The notes under the pieces are model-generated. The model was not told where the DNA came from. It ran no database searches and saw only the letters and a program-made list of their open reading frames with translations. 64,000 bases of DNA from Eledone cirrhosa (taxonomy: Eukaryota), in the NCBI GenBank assembly GCA_964016885.1, contig OZ024742.1, positions 46,004,001-46,068,000 on the forward strand, written 5' to 3'. Below are positions 1 through 13,182 of the stretch, piece by piece. A program made the translations under genes and the position numbers. Every line of letters starts with the position of its first letter. Position 1 is the stretch's first letter.

Positions 1-47
1 TTGACCATGGCAGGATTTGAGAATACTAACTTAATAATGAAATAATA

Positions 48-310
48 AATATTGTTATATTTGGAGCGGGTCATGTTGTTCTAATATTGCCAGAAAAATA
101 TAGTAAAACACACTCACTGTTTGGTTTGGTTTTCACTTCGGTATATCTTTATATATCTATAAATAATTTAGCTGGCAACCAATGTTTATCATTGATTGAT
201 CAACAGTTAAAAATATAAATATAGTTTCTCAGAGTTCTTTCATCACACATATCAGTGACATCATCAGTGATTATCATGTTTCTATGTTTCCCCCCATTGT
301 GTTCCTAAAA
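48..310 (-). mobile_element. 3' end (pseudo-LTR remnant) of Penelope-like element, family P1-related
   Basis: Reverse complement resembles 39460-39712 (aaccaaacagtgagtgtgtt...tggcaatatt...atgacc...caaatataacaata) and contains a hammerhead motif. Confidence 0.65.
227..272 (-). ncRNA. Minimal type I hammerhead ribozyme motif
   Basis: Minus strand reads aatca CTGATGA t gtcac-tgatatgt-gtgat GAAA gaac TC tgaga: intact core, stem II, short stem I tca/tga. Confidence 0.6.
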
Positions 311-732
311 CACAAATACATTGCTGAAATTCCAATCAAGTGTATTTCATTAGAAATATGGTTAGGAAAGGATTAATAAATAGTTAAAGGTTTAACAAAT
401 TTAAAGTGTAGAGAAATGTTTCCAAAAGTGAAAATATTCTGAGATTTTGTGATATAGGGGATTTTTTAATAGAACATAATAAAAACTTACTTTTTTATAT
501 ATGAATAATTTTTGCTTAATTTCTTCTTACAGTTTCTTAGGGTGGTGGTGGTGGTGGTGGTGGTGGGGGGGGGGGGATTATCTGTAACCTATAAAGTGGA
601 GGTGCTTAGGTCAGTGGGATTTGTCTGAAACTATAGGGTATAGGTTCTCAGGGTGGTGCGGGTTTGTTGTAAAATAAAGGGTGTAGGTTCTTTGAGTGGT
701 GGTGATTGTCTGTAAAATATAGGGTATTGTAG

Positions 733-975
733 TCCCACTTGATGAATATTGTAAAAAGACTGAAGTATGGTAGCCCTTTTTGATGAATATTGTAAAAGGA
801 CTGAAGTATGGTAGCCCCACTTGATGAATATTGTAAAAGGTCTGAAGTGTGGTAGCCCCTTTTGATGAATATTGTAAAAGGACTGAAGTATGGTAATTCC
901 ACTTGAGTATTGTAAAAGGACTGAAGTATAGTAGCCCCTCTTGTGTATTGTAAAAGGTCTGATCTATAGTAGCTC
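733..975. repeat. ~41-bp minisatellite (gatgaatattgtaaaaggactgaagtatggtagccccactt), about 5-6 degenerate units
   Basis: Tandem units visible directly; period is not a multiple of 3. Confidence 0.85.
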
Positions 976-1519
976 CTCATCTTAGTTGTGTTTGTCACAT
1001 CTGTTTAATGATAATTTGTCATATGAAGAACAAAAATATTGAGACAAGAGGAATGAAGAAAAATATAGTACAAGGACCAGTGAAGTTTATAATTCAACAA
1101 CTCTCCAAGGAATCAAAGTTGTTGGTTTGGTGATCATCAATGGCACCACAATAAATGGCATGGCTATAGGAATAAAGGGTCCCAAAACCCAAATTGAATA
1201 TTTTTGCCTTGAGGGATGAACTTTAGAATTACTGCTTTCGTTACCATATTTCTAATAAAATACACTGCCTATGTGTTTCACCACCACTGCTCAGTCTTCC
1301 TTGAGAGGACCAGTACTTCAGTCATTGCAGCACTGATTTTCATTCCTGTCAGGCAGCACTATCAAATGCATGTCGGACATCACCTTTCAATTAGTTAAGA
1401 GCGCTCCAGATTATGGTGAGGGGTAGATCAAGGGAGGGGTGTTAGGATGTTGGAAGTGTATGGAAAGGGGAGGTAAGGGCGAATAGTGCATACTAGATGT
1501 ATGCTTCAACCAATACACA

Positions 1520-1870
1520 TGGGAAGGCGGGTCTTCTGTATTACTGCATAACGCCAGAGATATCAATCCAGAGCCTTCAAGAGATGCAATTGTACAAGGT
1601 CAGCTTCCTGGGGCTTCCTACTCCATAGCTTCCATCAACTTTGAGCGCCCTGCTTCTTTTTGTGCAGCTGTCATCCAGCATATGCAACACATGCCCTTAC
1701 CAATGCAATTTCCTCTCCTGCACACTGCATCTGGTCCTTCTTATGCTCAGTTTTTCTCTCAGTTCATTTATGCTTTGCTCTTCGTGTCTATTACTATTAC
1801 ACATCTATCAAAGCATGCCAGCTTCATTTCTTTCCAATTTTCATAGGTTCTCTGCACACAATGCCTGTGG
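1520..1870 (-). mobile_element. Old, decayed RTE LINE 3' ORF fragment
   Basis: Colinear with the C-terminal part of RTE copies at 29150-29520 and 40120-40500 (tgcagctgtcatc, acatgccc..accaa, ctctgcacacaatgcc). Confidence 0.75.
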
Positions 1871-2689
1871 TAAATAAAAAGCAATAATAATAATTATTAT
1901 TATTATTGATTTTATTTTATCTTTTATATTTTCTAGCTTAAATTGCATTTTTCTCATCTCAGCAAAAAATATTAAAGGAAAATAAAAATCATATTGTAGC
2001 AACAGCTCCTTAGATTTGTTCATTTCATGTTTTATTGATTGAGTAGCTTTCATGTTATTTTGATGTGAATATCTTGTGTTATTTTTTAGTCAGCTTCATA
2101 CCACTTCCTTAGGAGACCACTGTTTTTCTTTTGACTCTAAAAAAAAACACCATTTTTATATACTTGTATTCTATTGTTTGCCAAACCTCCACCTTTTTCT
2201 TTTGTAATTCTGACACACTGGCCCTTAAAGGGCTTAATTAAGCCGATCCAGTTTTTCCCTTTCTTTGGTCTGTTTTTCTGATCTCATTTCTGACAGCTTT
2301 AATAATACTGTCACACTTTCTGAGAAATTTCCCAACATATTTTTGTTTACTAGATTCGCTTCTTGTTTTCTTTGGCTCTTTGTTCTCTTAATCTGATGCT
2401 TTACTCATCACTGCTGATGTGGAACATGGTTGACCATCACACACGTTAGGACAGTATTGCTACTTTTGTTGTTGTTGTTCTTGTTGATGATAATGGTGAT
2501 CATCATCACCATCACTGTCATCATCATCATCATCATCATCACTGTCATTACTATCAACCCTTATAATCCTTCTCATCAGTCTCAATGAGAGCCACTATTA
2601 TTCATGTCAGTTATAATCCTTTCTGACAAAACAATTGCAGTTTTACTGGACTTCTACTTTGTGCTCTGTCCTGTCGACTGAAAGATCTG

Positions 2690-3260
2690 GAGATGTCTAT
2701 TATAGAGATAACTATAACATCTGTCTATTACTGACAGGACTATAACATCTGTCTATTATAGACAGGACTATAATAATTGTCTATTATAGAGAGGTCTATA
2801 ACATCTGTCTATTATAGAGACGATTATAACATCTATTATATTAGATGTTATAACATCTTGTGTTGTGTTAACTACAGAAAGGTCTGTATCATCCTATGTC
2901 TATATCCTCTGTCTGTTATAGAGAGCTCTATAATAAGTTTTTCACATCTGCTGTCTATTATAGAAAGGTCTGTAACATCTGACTTGCTATAACATCTGCT
3001 GTCCATTATAGAGACGACTGTAACATTTGGCTGTAACATTTGGCTATAACATTTTCTGTCTATTATAGGGATAACTATAATATCTGTCTATTAATGAGTG
3101 GTCTTTAACCTCCATGTATTACAGAGAGATTGGTATCATCTGTGTATTATAGAGAGGACTATAACATCTGTCTATTATAGGGGGGATTATAATATTTGTC
3201 TATTATAGAGATATCTGTCTATTAATGAGAGGGCTATAATGTCTTTTAGCCATCTGACTA
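2690..3260. repeat. Degenerate ~29-30-bp minisatellite (ctataacatctgtctattatagagagga)
   Basis: Recurrent ctataacatctgtctatta motif. Confidence 0.75.
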
Positions 3261-3565
3261 TTATATATCCACTACAGAGAGCCTGAAGAAATTCTGAGAC
3301 ACAAAATCTGGCATTTAAAAAACCCTGCTAATTCACTATGGTAGTGAATATATATATATATATGAAACTTAAATGATGTAATCAAAACGGTTATGTATGA
3401 TGACTGAAGTGTTCAGAATTCAATATTCAAAACCAATATAAATGATTGCATAACATACAAATTGCAGGAGAAATTTTTTCAATAACATCTACTGTCTGAT
3501 AATGGACAATAAATTGATATAGTCTTATGAAAACATATATGAAAGAAATTTGAAATAAACACTAA

Positions 3566-3743
3566 CCAGTATGATGAAGACATTTCTATGTGACAGAAAC
3601 TAGAAATAGAACCTGACCAGTATGATGAAGACATTTCTATATGACAGAAACTAGAAATAGAACCTGACCAGTATGATGAAGACATGTCTATGTGACAGAA
3701 ACTAGAAATAGAACCTGACCAGTATGATGAAGACATTTCTATG
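3566..3743. repeat. 51-bp tandem repeat, ~3.5 near-identical units
   Basis: ATGATGA recurs at 3571, 3622, 3673, 3724. Confidence 0.9.
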
Positions 3744-6546
3744 TATGCTGATTTTGAAATCTTTATTCAGTTTTTCTTTATAACTACTCAAGTGTAAAGA
3801 TCAAAACTGATGTATTACCTTTAATTTTGATATCTATGTCCATCTATTTGTATGTCTGTTTGTATATCTATCTATCTGTTATGCACATTTTTTTTCGGGG
3901 GTATGTGTTACCCATATAAACTGTCTCCCTCTATTGGGGAAAATCGACTAACTTTTAAATTCCATCTGTGATAACATTTTACACGTTTTTATTGTATGTA
4001 AACTTCCCCCTTTGTATTTGTCCCCTTCTGTTGTGCCCCTGTGGCTAATAAAGAAATATATCTATCTGTTATGTTTGTATGTGTGTATATATATATAGAG
4101 ATATATATACTATATATACTCAAATATAAGCTCATCCTGAAAAATAGGCAAAAATGCAAACCTATTTATAAACCAAGACAGGTAATCAACACATTATGTT
4201 TAGATGGTGCAGTTTCAGAATTCTCGTGAGTAGAGAATATATTTATGAAGTTTTAATATTTTGGTCATTTCGAGTTTAGCTTTTGTTTCACAACTTCATT
4301 ACATAATGGACTTTTACCAATTTCTGACAATTTTAAAGGCAATATTTATATAAAAAACAATTGAATTTCATGACAAAAGTGGAACCTGTATAATATTCAC
4401 CTCCAAAGTGAAACTGGTTTAATATTCACCTCCTAAGCAAACATATTTATGTAGAATTTTGAAGTTGGTGAAAATTGGCAAAATATTGACCTTGAATATA
4501 AGTAGCCCCCCCCCCCCCCCTCTCATTTTACCACCGATTTATTTTGTTACATATTTCTGAGCATATACAGTATATTTGTGTGATTATCATTTAACATCTG
4601 TTTTCTCTTTAGAAGGAGTTACACACACGCAGACACACACACATACACACACATATAAATGTATGTGCGTGTGTGGTAAAATCATGTACAACTTGTTATT
4701 TATTTATTAATCAATCTATATATTTATGTTACCTTTGATGTTGCATGCTGTCTCAATTGTTTTACAATAACTTAAATCTATGTGGTCGCTTTACCAATCT
4801 ATACAATATTGTCATGGTTTTTATTAATGTGTCATAAAACTTAGTTCTTCTCATACCATATTGCTATATGTAAAGTTGTGTTCAATTCTCATATAGTGGT
4901 ACAGGGTTTATCTGTCTTGGTGTTAACAACCTAACAGGAGTAAATGTTGGTTAATGTAGAATATATTTATTGAATTATTAAAACTTTAGTTTAAATATCA
5001 ACCTAAATTGTTTATATGGTTGATCATTGCTCTAAAGTTGTATTAAAGTAGTTGGTGTTATGAAAGGTATCCAACTGTAGAAACCACACCAGAACTGGAA
5101 TGTGTAAGAGATATGGTCCTCTAGCACATCTGAGAAGACAGTAGCTCCAATTAAATACTGACTTGGTCTGTAACAGCCTGTCCAATGATGAGGAGAAGAA
5201 GTAAGGGAGAGAGAAAGAGAGAGAGCGAGAGACTGACTGACTGACTATCTCCTGTGCCTCAATTGGAAATCATTTTTAACATACAAGTTATGTTGAGATG
5301 GTAAAGAGCAAGAACTCCAGACTGAATGATCTGTTTGATTAATGTGGTTAAATCTTAGTTATGTTGAGAAAGTTAAGAATAGGAACTCTAGACTAAATGA
5401 TTTGTTTGGTGCAATGTGGTTAAATCTTACTACAGTCATATTTTACTCACTGGAAACAATATATGTACCAATAATACTTTGAGATTTAGTCAATTGGCCA
5501 AAGTCCTTTTTTATTTTTTTACCAAAATAACCTTGAATGTAGCCAGAAAAGAAGACAATAATAAGATATCTCCATTATCATACATTATCTTTGTCCATAT
5601 TGTCATCATAATACTTATAAACAATACTGATAAACAACTACAAATAGCTTTTCTTCTATATCTCATTATTTTAATTATGAGAAATTACCATTAATTTCAC
5701 TATCAATAATTAAGTTTACAAACTTAATCTTAAATTTTCTCTAATGAATCACTTCTATTGTTCAATATTATTTTCGTTTTCATTTCCTTCAGCTATTTTT
5801 ACTCTTAACTTAAGACTTCTCTATTTTTATTGTTTTTATTTTATTATTAGAATTTTACTATATGATTTTTTTTTTTCTCTTTGCAACAATGCCTGATTTT
5901 TCTCTATATATCTGTTTCTGAATTTCTACTATTTTTTTTTTTCAAAATTCAATAGGAAGGGCAAACCTTTAATTCTTTTAGTCTCCTTGTCAGGACAAAA
6001 GGAATAATTAAATAAAGTTTGTGTAGTTAAGATTTAGTGAGATGTAAAATACTAATTGAAAAGGTTTTATTTCATTCAAAAGCTATATATAAAATATAAC
6101 AAAGGTGAAATAATAAATACCTCTGATCTCCAAGATAAATACATCGAGTACACTCTGTAAAGTGGTTGGTCATTCAGCCAGAGAAAACTTGCCAAAGGGT
6201 TGGGAGTATTCTTCAGCTGTGCAATAGACATGTCTATTTCCCTTGTGCTAGTGATTTACATGATAAATAAACACAGTACACTCTGTAAAGTGGTTGTTAA
6301 TAGGAAGATCATCCAGCCATAGAAAACTTGTCAAACAAAGAATTTTTGGAGGACTCTTTTGTTGTTCCATAGACATGACAACCGTCCTAATATTGATGAT
6401 GTATACCAGAGGTTCTCAAACTTTAGGCCACTGCCCTCCTCATGGCCATGTAATACCCTCAGCGCCCCGCACCCCTATTTCCAGGGAGACCTGCCTACAT
6501 GCAAATTGTAAATAATATATAATAAATAAAATCATTAATTTATATT

Positions 6547-6730
6547 GGTGGATTGGCAGTATCAGTAGAGGGTCGGACGCCATGCTTTCCAGCATAGTTA
6601 CGTCCCTTTACGATCTGAGTTCAAATGCCGCCGAGGTTGACTTTGCCTTTCATCCTTACGGGGTCGATAAAATAAAGTACCAGTAATGCACTGGGTAATT
6701 GCTGGCCTTGTGCCTAAAGTAGAAACAATT
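6547..6730 (+). mobile_element. tRNA-derived SINE family S1
   Basis: B-box-like GAGTTCAAAT and core gcctttcatcctt.cggggtcgataaaataaagtaccag; further copies at 10265-10383 (+) and 11011-11192 (-), fragments near 9267 and 10836. Confidence 0.75.
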
Positions 6731-6747
6731 AATTTATATATAATAAA

Positions 6748-7544
6748 CTAGCAGTAAAGCCCGGCGTTGCTCGGGGTCGCTCAGTAGCTGTGTTAAAGTT
6801 ACAATGTTAAGTTTCTTTCTTGGCTTAAAAACTGTAGTGTCTACTGTGCAGACTTGCATGTGCACGCCTATATCACCTCTCTGCACGACTGTCTGTCTGC
6901 ACGCCTATATCACCTCTCTGCACGACTGTCTGTCTGCACGCCTATATCACCTCTCTGCACGACTGTCTGTCTGCACGCCTATATCACCTCTCTGCACGAC
7001 TGTCTGTCTGCACGCCTATATCACCTCTCTGCACGACTGTCTGTCTGCACGCCTATATCACCTCTCTGCACGACTGTCTGTCTGCACGACTGTCTGTCTG
7101 CACGCCTAACGACGAAATATTTGCTTGTTTTACGTAGTCTTTAAATAGACTTGTTTTCAAGTAAAAATATTGTTTTAAAATGCTTTTAAATGGAAATGAA
7201 GCAAAACGGAAGCTTAGTGTTCGAACTGATGAATTTTGCAGGTCAATATTTTGCTGGCTCGACAACTGTTAAAGCCAGCGTAATTTTTTACGTAAGACGC
7301 TCAATGTAAACAGAACAAAGGGAAATAACTGATAACTTACGCTCAAAAATCGATACATTATATTCGATTTCGTCACATAGGGTGGGTCAATTTGAAATTT
7401 TTTTTTTTCCGATGTCTTCGCTAGGGCTCAATGTACAAGTATAGCAATTTCGGTGCAATTCCGTGAGAGATTCTAAGAGGAGATGTGTGCCAAAAATCGA
7501 TAGACAGACAGACAACCACAGTTTTATATATATATATATATAGA
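6748..7544 (-). mobile_element. Non-autonomous Helitron, copy 1, with internal 37-bp minisatellite
   Basis: Minus strand begins TC(TA)n, has a (CTGT)n tract, and ends with hairpin CCCGAGCAACGCCGGG then CTAG followed by T. Confidence 0.8.
6862..7108. repeat. 37-bp minisatellite (gcacgcctatatcacctctctgcacgactgtctgtct), 6 units plus partial
   Basis: Units start at 6862, 6899, 6936, 6973, 7010, 7047. Confidence 0.92.
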
Positions 7545-7548
7545 TATA

Positions 7549-8362
7549 CTAGCAGTAAAGCCCGGCGTTGCTCGGGGTCGCTCAGTAGCTGTGTTAAAGT
7601 TACAATGTTAAGTTTCTTTCTTGGCTTAAAAACTGTAGTGTCTACTGTGCAGACTTGCATGTGGTGTTTTTGATTAATATTCCCTCAACCAACAATATGC
7701 CTTATGAAGTTAAGAAAACATAACGATAACCCGAATGTTATAACAAAAGAGGATGCTGGGGATAGAAACTGCACTGGTTATTTATTAACAAAGATCGAAA
7801 ATGTAAACACTGCAACGCAGAGAAAAACATTAGCGTAACCAAATTATCAGTTATGTCTGTCTGCACGCCTATATCACCTCTCTGCACGACTATCTGTCTG
7901 CACACCTGAAATATTTGCTTGTTTTACGTAGTCTTTAAATAGACTTGTTTTCAAGTAAAAATATTGTTTTAAAATGCTTTTAAATGGAAATGAAGCAAAA
8001 CGGAAGCCTAGTGTTCGAACTGATGAATTTTGCAGGTCAATATTTTGCTGGCTCGACAACTGTTCGTGTATTGTGTTAATGTCATTTTAAACGCTGAGAA
8101 AGCCAGCGTAAGTTTTTACGTAAGACGCTCAATGTAAACAGAACAAAGGGAAATAACTGATAACTTACGCTCAAAAATCGATACATTATATTCGATTTCG
8201 TCACATAGGGTGGGTCAATTTGAAATATTTTTTTCCGATGTCTTCGCTAGGGCTCAATGTACAAGTATAGCAATTTCGGTGCAATTCCGTGAGAGATTCT
8301 AAGAGGAGATGTGTGCCAAAAATCGATAGACAGACAGACAACCACAGTTTTATATATATAGA
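7549..8362 (-). mobile_element. Non-autonomous Helitron, copy 2, head-to-tail with copy 1
   Basis: Same termini and body as 6748-7544; has a single unit of the 37-mer. Confidence 0.8.
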
Positions 8363-9469
8363 TAATATAATATATACTATGTATACATAAGTATTATATA
8401 TTTTTTTATTTTACTATATTTATATATATGTATCATTTGATATTTAATATACTATTATATCATCTCTACCCCCCCCCCCCCCGATCTCAATGCTCACTGG
8501 AGGGGGGGGGGGGGTAGCACCCACATTGAGGATCTCTGATATACAGAATAAATGCACCCAGTACACTCTGTAAAGTGGTTGGTAATAGGAAGGGCATCCA
8601 GCCATAGAAAACCTGTAAAACAAAGAGTTGAGAAAATTCTTCAGCTGTGTCAAAGATTTATTAATGTCCCTAGTGTTGGTGCCATGATAAAATGCACTCA
8701 GAGTGTGGGATCTTATGTCAGGCTTCCAGCCTGTCAGAGCAATCAATAGAGTATGGGAACACATGTAAGTGGAATGCATGTCTCTCCTGACCCACATAGA
8801 GGTCAGTGGCTCCACTTCAGTATTGACCAGTCTGTGAGGATACAGCCAACTATTATTAGCAGACAGCTGTTAAATGACAATGATGAAGTAATATGCTGTA
8901 AGAACAAAGTAGATAATGTAAGACACATTACAGTTATAAATAATAAATGAACAGATATTATCATCACAGTTTTATGTCTGTTTTCCATGCTGGCATTGGT
9001 TGGATGATTGTTATGGTCAAATGACCACGTCCTGCTCATATGTTCCATTTCAGCATAGTTTCTATGGCTAGATGCCCTTCCTAATGCCACCCTTTACATA
9101 CTGCACTGGATGCATTTTATCAAGGCACCAACATTTGACACTCACATATCATCATCATTATCACTGTTTTATGTCTGCTCTTCCATGATTACATAGGTTG
9201 GATGGGTCCATTCCAGCACAGCATTCCTTCACTTCTGGCAGTCATTCATTATTTGTATCCATTATATCCTTATCCGGTCGAAAAAATAAAGTATCAGTTA
9301 CGCACTGGGGTCAATTTAATCGACTTTCCCCTTCCCCAAAATTGCTGGCCTTGTGCCTATATAAGAAACCATTATTTCCTTTGTAAGCATTAGCAATTTG
9401 AGATCAGCTTTTACAACCTATGCCCAGGTCTTATTTATTCACTCTCTACTGCAGTTTCCTTCCACTGGA

Positions 9470-9730
9470 ATTTCTTGGCACTGCTTCATCCAGTGATCAT
9501 CATCCATACGCGTCACATGTCCATACTAGTGCAGTCTTCTCTCCTGCACACTATATCTGATTTCTTTTATACCCAGCTTTTCTCTCAGCTCATCTATGCT
9601 TTGTCTTTCATGCATATTAACATTGCACATCTATTGAAGCATGCTTGCTTCATCTCTCTCCAGCCTTCGCATACCCTCTGCATTCAATGTTCATGTCTCA
9701 CTACCATACAGCATCACACAGCCGGCCTTT
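9470..9730 (-). mobile_element. Decayed RTE LINE C-terminal fragment
   Basis: Similar to family C 58730-59010 (tcacatgtccatac, agcatgcttgc.tcat, catgtctcactaccat). Confidence 0.65.
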
Positions 9731-10264
9731 TGTTTGTAGAGAGAAACTGGATTTGTGGAGAACATGTTCCACTTTGTGACATCGCAGATTGGAGATTCTC
9801 CCAACCCCCTCTCAAACAAAAAAGATTATCCCATCTAGGTACTTACAGGGTGTACAGGGTTCTTTTTGTTATGGCACTAGCACTAACACCTTACAGGGTG
9901 AACTGTTAATCTTGCATAAATTCAACGGGTAAAAGGCGTATATTAAAAAAAAAGAGTAAAAATGATAAAATAAAAAAGTTATAAAACCATATTTTGAAAA
10001 ATTAACTTTGTTATTATTAGATAAATAGAATATACACATACACCAATATAGATATTTATTGGAAACAGGCGGAGTAATTTTATCCTTATTTTTGTTCATG
10101 TCATCTTGTTTTTATTCATGTAACTTTCTGTGCATGTAATAGCTGTCTGATGAGGTCATAACTGTTATATAACAGTGATTGTATAACAAATAAATGAGGT
10201 AAATTCTAACTTATTGACTTCTACTTCATTATTATACCTATACTTAGAGTTACCTCCCTGTATG

Positions 10265-10383
10265 GTCTGAGTTCAAATCCCGCCGAGGTTAACTTTGCCT
10301 TTCATCCTTCCGGGGTCGATAGAATAAAGTACCAGTAATGCATTGGGTAATTGCTGGCCTTGTGCCAAAAGTAGAAACAATTA
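10265..10383 (+). mobile_element. SINE family S1, 5'-truncated
   Basis: Near-identical to 6615-6730. Confidence 0.75.
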
Positions 10384-10519
10384 TTATACCTATACTCTGG
10401 AGTACACAGACCTACATGCAAACTTATTTGAATACTCTATCCTGCATACACATGTGTTGGTTGATTAACTAATACAAAATATACCAAGTATACATATATA
10501 TGTGTGTATGTATGTCTAG

Positions 10520-10750
10520 CATCATCATCCACCGTTCTACATCCAATTTTCCACACTAGCATGGGTTAGATGAGTTGTTGTGGGCAATGCCAGGTCAGGT
10601 GACCATGTCTTGCTCATACAGAACTGATTCTGGCTTGATTTCTACAACTGGATGCCTTTCCTAATGCCAACCTCATTTACAGTGAGTGCTGGATGCTTTT
10701 TGTTGTTACACAACCACTTTACACTAGGAGGAGGAGTGGGGTGGGGGGCA
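10520..10750 (-). mobile_element. RTE family B 3'-UTR fragment with (GAT)n tail
   Basis: Colinear with 28822-29110. Confidence 0.75.
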
Positions 10751-10779
10751 TACTGTGTGTGTGTGTCTGTTATATATAT

Positions 10780-10812
<33 letters not shown>

Positions 10813-11010
10813 ATGTATGTATATATCATCCTACAGATTTGCCTTTCATTCTTTCTGGGGTTGATAAAAAAGTACCAGTTAACTACTAGGGTAGATATAA
10901 TTCCCTTTCCCAAAATTACAACCCCTGCCAGTGTTAGAAAGAATATATATTATATAACTACCCATTAGTAGTATTTACCTCAAATATTGGTTTAGTTGTG
11001 TTTCAGAAAT

Positions 11011-11192
11011 AATTGTTTCTACTTTTGGCACAAGGCCAGCAATTATTCCAGTACATTACTGATACTTTATTTTATCGACGCCGTAAGGATGAAAGACAAA
11101 GTTAACCTCGGCAGGATTTGAACTCAGAACATAAAGGGACGTAACTATGCTGTAAAGTATGGCGTCTGATCCTCTACCGATACTGCCAATCC
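11011..11192 (-). mobile_element. SINE family S1
   Basis: Reverse complement of 6550-6730. Confidence 0.75.
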
Positions 11193-11279
11193 GAGAAATA
11201 ATGCAAAGAAGTTTCAAAATGGTGTTACAAAGTTGATAACAACAAATGAAAAAAATGAAAGAATAAATTCTAACAGAAG

Positions 11280-12075
11280 TAGATTTGACAGCCTCTCTCT
11301 AATACCTTTCGAGGCAAGCCATCACACTAACAGTGTTACCATGGGTGATAGTGAGGCTAAGGCACTGAAACAACCAAGCATATTCACAGGCATCCCTTGA
11401 CACCTCAGTAAGGCGAGCTGCCAATTACAAGAACTTTGTTGTTAGCTGCGCAGCTCCTCCAAATGTCTCAAATGCCGCAGGATGGAAAAAATAGTTTGTT
11501 GATAATTGCCAGTATTTTAAATTTTATTCCATAGGGTAAGACCATCTTGTCTCTCCCCATCAACTCTGGATAATCCCGCTGCCTCCAGAACTGAGGGTAT
11601 ATTTACCCAAGCTAGGTCTTGCTTTAAGTTTAGCTTGTTATGGCAAGTGAAATGATCAGCATTCAGGTGGCACGGCAAACCATGGAGATCTGCGGAGTCA
11701 AGAGGTCTACCACAGCAAAATTTCAGTCTCCTGCAAACATTGACCCCTCACACTGAGTGCAATGGAGATGTGGAGCTCATCCTGACTGAGTATAGACCAT
11801 TGATATTGCAGGTTATCAAACCAGTCCCCCAAGAATTTTGCACTTGCAGAAAGAAGGCGACACCTAGAGAATTGATCAGGTTGATCAAAGAGAGAGTTGA
11901 AAGGTGTGTCTCAAATGCAGATTGTCCCACACTCTTGGCTTCAGTCTATTCTTCTGGCGCACCTAGCTCCCTCCACTGTAGTAGAGCTTCATCCATCTCC
12001 CTGTTGGAACTAGTCTATGTTGGAGAGGAGAGGATGTTACCTACCAAAGGGGAACAAGTATGGATGGAGAAATAA
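11280..12075 (-). mobile_element. Decayed CRE-like non-LTR retrotransposon, zinc knuckle/RLE C-terminus
   Basis: Manual translation CCGRPLDSADLHGLPC...HNKLN...IPSVLEAAGLSRVDGERQDGLT...FHPAAFETFG...WLFQCLSLTITHGN follows the CRE-type pattern CxCG..D..HGLxC, RPDG, F.P.A.ET.G, QR.S.AI.RGN. Confidence 0.65.
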
Positions 12076-12568
12076 AAGCAGGAAAGTGATAGAGATGAGC
12101 ATTTACACAGACCTAGCCCCCCCCCCCCAAAAAAAAAGTCGTTTAGGAAACTCAGCCTGGTCATGAGACTCAGAGTTTGACGTTGACCAAACATTGAAGT
12201 TTACTAAAGATTAGTTCGTCAAATACATAAAAAGATGACGAGAATCTAAGAATTTATAAGAAGGACTAACTCTGAGTATAATCTACTCCCGTTAGTATTT
12301 ATTCTTTTATCTAATTCAGAATCCCCCCCCCCCCCCCCCAAAAAAAAACTAATATTACACAAATGAAAGTGTTCTTCGTATAGGCCACTCACAGCTTATA
12401 GATGACGTATTGTTTAAAACTAATTAACACCTCTAATTGAAAAGAGTTAAATATGTAGATATTGCGCATTTATAAAGATATACTTCAGCTGGCAAAGAAA
12501 GCACTTTTCTGTAGTTCTTTTTAAAAAGAAATCACCTAAAAATATAATTGATAAATTTTCAATATTAC

Positions 12569-12826
12569 ACCCGTCTCCCTATGGAGGTGAAATTTGTTTT
12601 TTTTTGTGTTTTTTATGGGTTTTGAATGAATATGGCTTTAAAATCCGTCGTAAATTATTCGTTTTTTTTTTTATGGTTCCCCCAGCCGAAAACCCCATAA
12701 CACTAAGCCTTGGAGACGGGTGTAGTAATAAAAATTTACTGATAGATTGATAAAATGTTGGTGCTTCTTGCCTTTATAAATGTCAGGAATATAAACTACA
12801 AATTTCACCTCCAAAAGGAGACGGGT
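12569..12826. mobile_element. MITE-like element with ~30-bp imperfect inverted repeats
   Basis: acccgtctccctatggaggtgaaatttgt at 12569 is inverted relative to acaaatttcacctccaaaaggagacgggt at 12798-12826; extra ggagacgggtgta at 12712. Confidence 0.55.
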
Positions 12827-13182
12827 AAAAAAAAAAAAAAAATACCCACGTCTTTATTTAAACCACGGATTTAAATTTATGGGGGGAATAGAAACAGGAA
12901 TGAAATGAAATCGACTCGCAAACTCGATTTAACTACATTCTGAAAGTTTACCTAAATTCTATGAGAAATGGTAGTTTTTATAAATTTCACCTTTACATTT
13001 AAATTGTGAAAGAAAGAAGTTTTCATTGATAATAAATCTCATTTGAATAATATAAAAATATTTTGTTCGATTAAGCGGTTTCATTTCACATGCTGTGTTT
13101 ACTTAATCTAGACGATAAAGTTAGGAAGTGAAAGACAACATGCAATCATCACAGAATCTGCAATAGTGATTGTATATCTTAC

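Noticed and set aside
611-998. Short repetitive ORFs on the minus strand
   Set aside because: Derived from a ~41-bp minisatellite whose period shifts the frame each unit
6862-7108. Regular 37-bp repeats resembling a CRISPR array
   Set aside because: No unique spacers, no cas genes, eukaryotic context; it is a minisatellite inside a Helitron
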